A program made the translations under genes and the position numbers. Positions 58,001 through 64,000 of a stretch of 64,000 bases of DNA are shown in pieces. The stretch lies in the IMG/VR virus record IMGVR_UViG_3300010371_000001, positions 1 through 64,000 of that record; one strand, given 5' to 3'. The stretch is from a virus. The notes beneath the pieces were generated by a model. It searched no databases. It was not told the origin of the DNA and saw only the letters and a program-made list of their open reading frames with translations. The stretch's first letter is position 1. Each line of letters begins with the position of its first letter.

Positions 58001-58351
58001 CATGGCGTCAATCTCGTCCAGGGCTTGATCAACGGCTTCCGTAGCATCAACCTGGCTTCGGCCTGGATGCAGCACACGGCGGCCCTGGCCAGCCCCATCA
58101 CGGCGGGAGGCTTTGCTGGTGCTGGGCATGGGGTCGGCGGGAGTGTGCCAGGGGGTGCCATCGGCGGGTTACGGTTGGCCAATGGTGGAGGTGGCAATAC
58201 CACGCACAACTGGACACTCAACTTCCCCAATGCGCGTGACCACAACGAGATCAAGAAGGCCATCCTCGATTCACAGCAGGAAGTCTACCGACGCTCGCGT
58301 CGCCCCGGTGGCTATGGCGGGTTCGGCTCCGATTATACCAGCGACTCCTAG
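55061..58351 (+). CDS. tail tape measure protein
   Basis: TP901-like N-terminal core (AKALYFIISAG), Trp-spaced helical repeats, LGIHSPSTVM. Confidence 0.93.
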   Translation: MEGAGQALVLAVYIHAYDQFSGMMHKLGLAGIENASIFQHLQMGALGVAAGIIAIGAAANHYASDFQTQFARITGLTDSNTQQISYYRNSLIQLSAQYDMTASDAAKALYFIISAGLDPLGTAMQQAKENVDVLRYSSMSATASLADQAGTASAMTAMMKAYADSNLSAADAANTLTRIEQLGSAQLGSFTSSLGFMMVTAHAAGLTAHEAAAALANLSQVSGNHGVRRMANDLDNLMRSLLSVDDVAKRSGAQLKAMGIDDVQTFQTINTRATDMGLTFNKLTYSSLDFMGKLKYLAQLSGFSANQYNTSREAMIAKQASLIEGTKGEAAATAWLNLQNNEGAARFMKMVGGAAAFIPALTLLTSHGAEYTKILGQMNSKTDIVVNAFNNMRNTANQQWKMMEIGVQNLLVVIGLQLLPVLQGFYHWIYEITNAMIRWLQNTGNMEAFKYALLGIAIVVGTILLPAMVRLALAFVTNPVGIAMMAIVAAGILLGKVLQSHPEIIKKVQQALGGLMDTVGKVIGVFHTLGDMISGSTKSAADAAAVHATQMRLTVVDQSIKMQQDSVQHLQLMRMGISTQLALTHSEAGRHALETRLAVVNHLIAMREKSVVEAEKMRAGVQSHLKALTHDSRTALGPLPTAINAIGSAISTTLSKFMQFANWVRGNETAFTAFKAIMLALAIAIGINLVGAVISAIPIVLAYAAALWSAAIAALIAEGPVILLVAAIALLVFGIMELVQHWTQVKAFFANIAAAVGGFFSWLGGHVHDALGKVGQFFQAGFDKLGQIVHWFTTLTPQKIAYMVGYALGFLLGLPVRGAIIVWQFVQRAAGFIAWLWHEAPGFIARMAVAIVTWLLHMKDEAIKHISAFAVAAVAELVKLWHEAPGFILKMAIGIVAWLIKLKDDAWQKIKDVTAAIWSELQKLPGQALQAAKDFISGIVNGIKNGAGAVVNAIKNMAGGMVDGFKNALGIHSPSTVMFQHGVNLVQGLINGFRSINLASAWMQHTAALASPITAGGFAGAGHGVGGSVPGGAIGGLRLANGGGGNTTHNWTLNFPNARDHNEIKKAILDSQQEVYRRSRRPGGYGGFGSDYTSDS

Positions 58352-58416
58352 CCGATAAGTGACATGTGATTCATATGTCACTTATCGATGTTCACATTCT
58401 CCCGACGAGGTTCCAC

Positions 58417-61400
58417 ATGACGGCCACGGTATGTCAAATTGGGGCATGGCAAACAAGCAACGATACGTTCATTGCTCACCCCAATTCCCCCACTGGCGCA
58501 ATCCTCAACCTCAACGACGGCACCACGTTCTCGCTGCTGGATACCAGCGGCACGGGGACGGGGCTGGACTGGGGGCAGATGAAGCGCGAGGTGCTCACCA
58601 CGGGCAATCCGCGCACGACGGGCAGCCGTGTCACCAGCGCGACCTATCGGGAGAATCGGGAGATCAAGCTGCACCTCGTGCTGGGGCCAACGGCGACTTT
58701 TGCCGTGTTACAGACAGCCATCCACACCCTCATCCAGACGTGCCGGGGCATCACCAACGAGTATCCCGGCGCATTGCAATTCCAGTCCAGTGGCGAGGCC
58801 AATCCGATCTATTTCGACATCCTGGAAGCGCACGTGGATGCGCGCTTCCAGGAGTTGCTGTGGATACAAAACATTGATGATTCGTTCGAGGTGACGCTGA
58901 CCTGTAAGCCATTTGGGCGCGGGGCGCGGGTGTGGTTGCAAAACTTGGTCAACAATCCGGGGGCGGAAGCACCGAGTGGGCCAGGGGTCACGGTGTTTAA
59001 TGATCCGCTGACGAACCTCAATGCATATCAGACGGCCTACATCGGCACGGTGCTGGCAGACTCGCCCGTGTCATTTTGGAAGACCAATGAAGCGTCTGGC
59101 ACGACGATGACCGATAGCGTTGGTACGAACAACGGCTCCACGGGCGTGGGCGTGACCGTGGGACAAGCGGCGTTCAACGGCGAGGCAGATCTGGGGAGTT
59201 ATAGCTATGCGTCCAGCTTCTCCAACGTCCTCTACACGGCGGCACTCAACACTGCCACATGGACGATTGAAGCATGGGTGAACCCTAGTGGCGGCGCAGG
59301 CACGCAGCGCACGATCATCAGCAATCAGAGCAATTTCAAGGGCATCCAAATCCAGGCATCAGGCGGCAATGTCTACTCGGTGCAGATTGGCAATGGCGCG
59401 TCCTTCCCAACAGTGACCGGCGGCACGGCGACCGTGGGATCGTGGGCACATGTTGTCGCCACGTTTGGGAGCGGCACGCTCACGCTCTATGTCAATGGCT
59501 CCCAGGTCGGACAAACTGGAAGCCTGGCATTCGTTGCTAATACGTCGAACAACTGGGTCATTGGGGAAACGTCGGCACTTACTGCGCCCTGGCCTGGCAA
59601 TATTGGCCCCGTTGCCATTTACAATACGGCCCTTTCATCGGGTCGGGTCAGCGCGCATTATAGTGCTGCTGGTTCTGGCAGCACGCTCACCCAGGACAAA
59701 TTCACCTATCTGGATGCCGTCATTGCTGATGCACCGTTGCGCTACTACCGCATGGATGAAGCGAGTGGCACGGTGGCACGCGACGCGATGTTTTCTGGCA
59801 ATAATGGCACCTACACGGGGACGCCGACGCTCGGTGTTGCGGGCGCACTCACCAGTGACCCACAGTCAGACACCGCCATCACCCTCAACGGTACGACGGA
59901 TTATGTGACAGCAGGTGGCGCTGGACTCCCCACTGGCAACGCGACGCACGCTCTGGATGCCTGGGTCAAGATTGCAGGCAACCCCGCATCGACGGCCTTT
60001 GTCCTTACACTGGGTGATGGCAATACCGCAGGACATTTTAGCAGTATCCAACTCACGACGGCAAGCAAGGTACAATGGTCCAATGGCACCAACACCGTGA
60101 CATCTGCGTCAGCGATTTCCTTCAACTCCTGGCATCATGTGGGCATGACGTATGATGGCACGACGGTGATTCTTGAGGTGGATGGCGCTCAAGTCGGCAC
60201 GGCAACACCCACCAATACGCTCAGCATGCCGACCAATGCGGTCATGATCGGCGCGAGATTCACCACCGTCGCTACGGCATTTCTCACCGGCAGCATTGAT
60301 GAGTGTGCGGTCTACGGCACCAACATTGGTCTCTCGCGGCTCTCGGCACACTACAATGCGGGACACAATGCACCCAGCGTCACAGCCAATACGATGGCCA
60401 TCCCTGCTGGCATGCAGGTGGCATTCGGTAGCCCTGCCTGGACGAGTTACAATCAGTGGCAGATTCGCTTCCGCTGGGTGACGGGCGGAACGGTCAAGTT
60501 TTTCTTGCATTACCTGGATGCCAATAACTATCTGCTCTGCCAAATGCAGAGCACGTCGCTCACCTTGATCAATGTTGCGGGGGGCGCGTCAACCACGATT
60601 GCCACCAGCGGCAGCGTGGTGTTGACCAACGGGATGCAGTATTGGCTGCAAATCACGCAATTTCCGGTTGCTCCGCAAATTGATACAGGAGCGGGCCTCA
60701 CGGGGACACTCGGAACCCCGTTTGTCCAGGCGACGATCCTGGTGGATAGCGCTGGGACGGTGGGAAGTAGCATTGCATCCATTGGCCCCGCCGCAGCGAC
60801 AGATACGAGTCAATATACCAGCCTGGGATCAAGTTCCAGCCTCAACGGTCGTGCGCAAATTGCGGCAAGCGGAGCAACACTGGGCATCGGCGGCAATTTT
60901 TCCAACGTCAATCAGGTGCAGTTGTTTGGGCCAGGTGGCTGGACGTGTACCAGTACGGGTTCAGGATACGCCAGTGGCGCGTGGGAGTCGTTCACAACGA
61001 CGCCTACCGTCATTGGCAACACCTACGGTGCCGGTCCAGTCATCTCCTATGGTGCTGGGCGCATTGATGCCCCGCCAGCGGGAACGCTCAATGCCCAATG
61101 GGCGAGCGGATCATCGGGCAACACCGGGAATATGATCCTGTATGGTATACCTGCCACACAAGGGCAGGTGATGGGCGTGTTTGGCTATCTCATGACATCA
61201 GGGGTGGGGTCTGGCTGTGTCGAGTCGCTGGGCGTCATTGAATACAACAGCAATGGATCGCAGCAGGCATCTGGCACCGTAGCGACGCATACGGGGGGAT
61301 TGAGTAGTTATACCAAACTGAGCGGCACCTATACGGTAGCAAATGCCAACACCAATTATTGTCTTATCTACGTCAACGCAACGGATAGCACGGCTGGGGC

Positions 61401-62436
61401 AAGTGCAAACGGCACCGTGTGGTGGGATAACGTGTGCGCCTGGAACCAGACCACCACTGGCATGACCACTATGCCGTATTGCGAGTTACGCTTCCCACAA
61501 GCCCCTGCCATGTTCGTGGTGAGTGGTCTCACAGGCGACATGCCCGCTCCTGCGCTATTCAGTGTCGGCATCAACATTGGCACAACCGCATGGCCCAATA
61601 ATCGCAACGCCAATCTCTTTCTGGGACGGCGACCGTATTTCAGTAAATATGCGCAATTGGTCACACCCGCCTATCCCTTCACCACCACCAACATCCAGCC
61701 CACACTTGCCACCTCGGCCTATGGGGGCTTTTACTTGCAAACAACCTCCAATGCCACCACCCAACTGGCAACGTTTCCCAGCCTCCCCTCCGATGCATCA
61801 GGGCAGAACCTTATCGCTGGCACCTACCATGCATTTAGCCGCATGCAGGTTACGGGTGCTGCGACGCCAACCGCCGTTTCCGCTACCGCGAATGAGTTCT
61901 ACTACGGTGGCGGTACCTTCCCTACGTATGCCTATCCAACACAGCAGCCATTTTCCGCCAACAGCGCATGGACCCTTGCGGACCTCGGTCAAGTCTTTGG
62001 CAATATTTCCCCCCCCAGCACATTAACAGGCCAGGGAAACTGGGTGCAGCCTTTTGTTGGCTGCGACAGTTCCAGCAAGACCGCTTTCTGCAACTACATG
62101 GTGCTGGTCCCAGTAGACGGTGAGTATTTTAGCCTTCTTGCCACGAACACCACCTCTGGATTTAGTGCGGGATGGGTCCATACCTATCTTGACGGGCAAA
62201 ACCGCAGTTGCTCCTACACGGTCGATACTGCCGCTGCAAGCAATACTGCTTTTGCATTCACGAACGTTGGCGTAACAGCGAGCGTAACGAGCCTGGGCTA
62301 CAGTCAGCCCATTGTCGATCCTGATCTCGGTAGCGGGACCAATCAGTTTGGCTTCGTGGCGCAAGACAGTACAGGCAACATTCTCCCGTGTTCGCTCGAA
62401 GTCATCTACTCCCCTCAGTTCGGCTTCACATCGTAG
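58417..62436 (+). CDS. distal tail protein with inserted LamG/ConA and CBM-like domains
   Basis: Dit-like N-terminus (NREIKLHL..FEVTLTCKPF); two LamG repeats (TIEAWV..WAHVVATF..LYVNG; DAWV..WHHVGMTYDG). Confidence 0.88.
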   Translation: MTATVCQIGAWQTSNDTFIAHPNSPTGAILNLNDGTTFSLLDTSGTGTGLDWGQMKREVLTTGNPRTTGSRVTSATYRENREIKLHLVLGPTATFAVLQTAIHTLIQTCRGITNEYPGALQFQSSGEANPIYFDILEAHVDARFQELLWIQNIDDSFEVTLTCKPFGRGARVWLQNLVNNPGAEAPSGPGVTVFNDPLTNLNAYQTAYIGTVLADSPVSFWKTNEASGTTMTDSVGTNNGSTGVGVTVGQAAFNGEADLGSYSYASSFSNVLYTAALNTATWTIEAWVNPSGGAGTQRTIISNQSNFKGIQIQASGGNVYSVQIGNGASFPTVTGGTATVGSWAHVVATFGSGTLTLYVNGSQVGQTGSLAFVANTSNNWVIGETSALTAPWPGNIGPVAIYNTALSSGRVSAHYSAAGSGSTLTQDKFTYLDAVIADAPLRYYRMDEASGTVARDAMFSGNNGTYTGTPTLGVAGALTSDPQSDTAITLNGTTDYVTAGGAGLPTGNATHALDAWVKIAGNPASTAFVLTLGDGNTAGHFSSIQLTTASKVQWSNGTNTVTSASAISFNSWHHVGMTYDGTTVILEVDGAQVGTATPTNTLSMPTNAVMIGARFTTVATAFLTGSIDECAVYGTNIGLSRLSAHYNAGHNAPSVTANTMAIPAGMQVAFGSPAWTSYNQWQIRFRWVTGGTVKFFLHYLDANNYLLCQMQSTSLTLINVAGGASTTIATSGSVVLTNGMQYWLQITQFPVAPQIDTGAGLTGTLGTPFVQATILVDSAGTVGSSIASIGPAAATDTSQYTSLGSSSSLNGRAQIAASGATLGIGGNFSNVNQVQLFGPGGWTCTSTGSGYASGAWESFTTTPTVIGNTYGAGPVISYGAGRIDAPPAGTLNAQWASGSSGNTGNMILYGIPATQGQVMGVFGYLMTSGVGSGCVESLGVIEYNSNGSQQASGTVATHTGGLSSYTKLSGTYTVANANTNYCLIYVNATDSTAGASANGTVWWDNVCAWNQTTTGMTTMPYCELRFPQAPAMFVVSGLTGDMPAPALFSVGINIGTTAWPNNRNANLFLGRRPYFSKYAQLVTPAYPFTTTNIQPTLATSAYGGFYLQTTSNATTQLATFPSLPSDASGQNLIAGTYHAFSRMQVTGAATPTAVSATANEFYYGGGTFPTYAYPTQQPFSANSAWTLADLGQVFGNISPPSTLTGQGNWVQPFVGCDSSSKTAFCNYMVLVPVDGEYFSLLATNTTSGFSAGWVHTYLDGQNRSCSYTVDTAAASNTAFAFTNVGVTASVTSLGYSQPIVDPDLGSGTNQFGFVAQDSTGNILPCSLEVIYSPQFGFTS

Positions 62437-62445
62437 AGGTGCCGC

Positions 62446-63954
62446 ATGGCCATTACGCAGCCCCCCATCGTCGCCTATTTCTACAGCCTCAGTCAGGCGT
62501 TGCCTGCTGTGGACTACGGATGGCAATTGGAGAACGTCAAACTGACCACCGTGTCGCCAGGAGGGTTTGGCGATTTCACGGCGGACCTTTACGTATCGCA
62601 GAGCCAGATCGTCCCTGCGGCTTTCACCTCATTCAATAATGTGGCTGTCGCCTGCGAGGACACGTGGATCTTCTTGGGGCGACTGGATGAGCCTGGCCCG
62701 GCGTTGGACACGGCGCAAGGCCCCGTCATCCACCTGAGTGCCTTAGGTGCGGCGGACGTGCTCAAAGATGATCCCCAAGATTCGGCTTACACCACCCAGA
62801 CCGCCACGCAGATCATTGAGGATCAGTTGACTGGCCCCACCGGTGCCGCGCATCCGCGCAGCAATTATCTCCTCATCTCAACCGATTACACGACGATTCT
62901 GCCGGATGCGCCATCGGCCCAATTTACCCCCGTCTTTACCGGCAAAACCATTGAAGATGTCCTCAACGAGATGATCAACGATCTCGGCGACTACACCTGG
63001 GGCATGTGGGATCACCCTACACAGAAAGACGCCCAAGGGTTCCCTAAGTGGCAACTACAAGTCCACCAACGGAATTTCTCCATCGCGTCACCGTCGGTCA
63101 ATTATCGCATCACTCAGGATCAGATCATTGATTTCGAGATCCGCCCAGCAGTGGAATACTCGTTCAATAGCGCCTACCTCACCTACCGCGATCCGACAAG
63201 CCAGAATCCCAACGCCGTGCAGGTACAAGACTCACGACTCAATAGCAATCGCAGCCAAGGCACGGCACCATTTCCCTATCGACTGCTGCGCAAGGATGTC
63301 AGTGAGGCACTGTTGACGACTACCCAGGCGACGGCACTAGCCAATGCACTGCTGAACCAGTACAAGAATGGTAGCTACAAAATCACGCTCAAGGTCAGCG
63401 GGATCAGCAATGGTAATGGCCAGGAGATCCCCCTTCCCACCGTGCGCGCAGATACTAATGTCTTTGTCGATCTGCTCTCGCCACTGGGCAACACGCTACC
63501 GACCGGACTGGTGAAGGATAACGGGCTATACTACATCACCGAGACCGAATACAACGAGACATCCGGGCAAGCACCAGAGCTGACACTCACCTGTGACTCG
63601 TTCTACGACACCACGGCGTTTCAACTGGCGCGCATCCAACGTATCGCGCACCAAAAGGCGAAGAATCATAAAGGCAAGGGGACGGTACAGCAGCCAAACA
63701 TCGCAGAGAAGGGCAGCGTCGGCACAAGCTGGGGGGCGAATGCGGTAAGCACTGATGCCTATGAGGAGGGTGTGAATTTTCGGGCGACGATGACATCGGC
63801 ACCGACGAGCATCACCCTCACGGCGACAGCCTCAACCAATGCCAAAACGCCAAGTGTCGCCAACATTACCACGACGGGGTTTGAATTTATCGTACAGCCA
63901 AATGCCAATGGTGCCGGTAAATGGTTTGGGGCCTACTCTACAAATGGAAATTAA
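62446..63954 (+). CDS. tail hub/Tal-like minor tail protein
   Basis: Follows Dit; PGGFGDF..IFLGRLDEP..LSALG pattern. Confidence 0.75.
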   Translation: MAITQPPIVAYFYSLSQALPAVDYGWQLENVKLTTVSPGGFGDFTADLYVSQSQIVPAAFTSFNNVAVACEDTWIFLGRLDEPGPALDTAQGPVIHLSALGAADVLKDDPQDSAYTTQTATQIIEDQLTGPTGAAHPRSNYLLISTDYTTILPDAPSAQFTPVFTGKTIEDVLNEMINDLGDYTWGMWDHPTQKDAQGFPKWQLQVHQRNFSIASPSVNYRITQDQIIDFEIRPAVEYSFNSAYLTYRDPTSQNPNAVQVQDSRLNSNRSQGTAPFPYRLLRKDVSEALLTTTQATALANALLNQYKNGSYKITLKVSGISNGNGQEIPLPTVRADTNVFVDLLSPLGNTLPTGLVKDNGLYYITETEYNETSGQAPELTLTCDSFYDTTAFQLARIQRIAHQKAKNHKGKGTVQQPNIAEKGSVGTSWGANAVSTDAYEEGVNFRATMTSAPTSITLTATASTNAKTPSVANITTTGFEFIVQPNANGAGKWFGAYSTNGN

Positions 63955-64000
63955 CCTACGCTGGATAGGATGGCGCTATGCTCACTCACGTTGATCTCGT

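Noticed and set aside
40337-58263. Long minus-strand ORFs opposite structural genes (e.g. 40337-41308, 44790-45932, 46204-47115)
   Set aside because: Antisense shadows typical of GC-rich coding DNA; no RBS or motifs
1-64000. Specific host assignment
   Set aside because: No host genes or att junctions; GC content and sigma70-like promoters are not diagnostic

Overview
A ~64 kb, GC-rich segment of a tailed (siphovirus-type), probably temperate phage or prophage. No host genes, lysis genes or attachment junctions are recognisable. Almost all genes are on the + strand. 1-24 kb is an early/accessory region: pentapeptide-repeat protein, VRR-NUC nuclease, ParB-like protein, HslV/proteasome-like Thr peptidase, large serine recombinase with a convergent excisionase-like HTH, helicase-DNA methyltransferase fusion, lambda-O-like initiator with iterons, DnaC-like loader, ASCH-DUF4031 fusion, a second serine recombinase, and many small ORFs. 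25-64 kb is the morphogenesis module: TerS, TerL, a 1323-aa portal polyprotein, intein-containing MuF, protease/scaffold, capsid, neck, tail tube, tail chaperones, tape measure, LamG-rich distal tail and hub, interrupted by several minus-strand morons. Main candidate for a new system: a dispersed family of putative head-packaged cargo proteins (24282, 34087, 38191, 52243, plus the portal C-terminus and the MuF N-terminus). They share a scaffold-like amphipathic helix ending in Arg, usually followed by an (R/H)xxxG(K/R)(F/W/I) motif, in front of variable payload domains. Other oddities: a tRNA-like RNA with a 35-nt anticodon loop; an exact 28-bp copy of a recombinase's catalytic-serine codons upstream of the same gene, next to a 12-2-12 crossover-like site; an apparent +1 (UUU-CGC) tail-chaperone frameshift; a second, displaced tail-chaperone paralog; and a C4-like RNA leader on a GIY-YIG gene. 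All family assignments come from motifs read by eye; no database searches were run.
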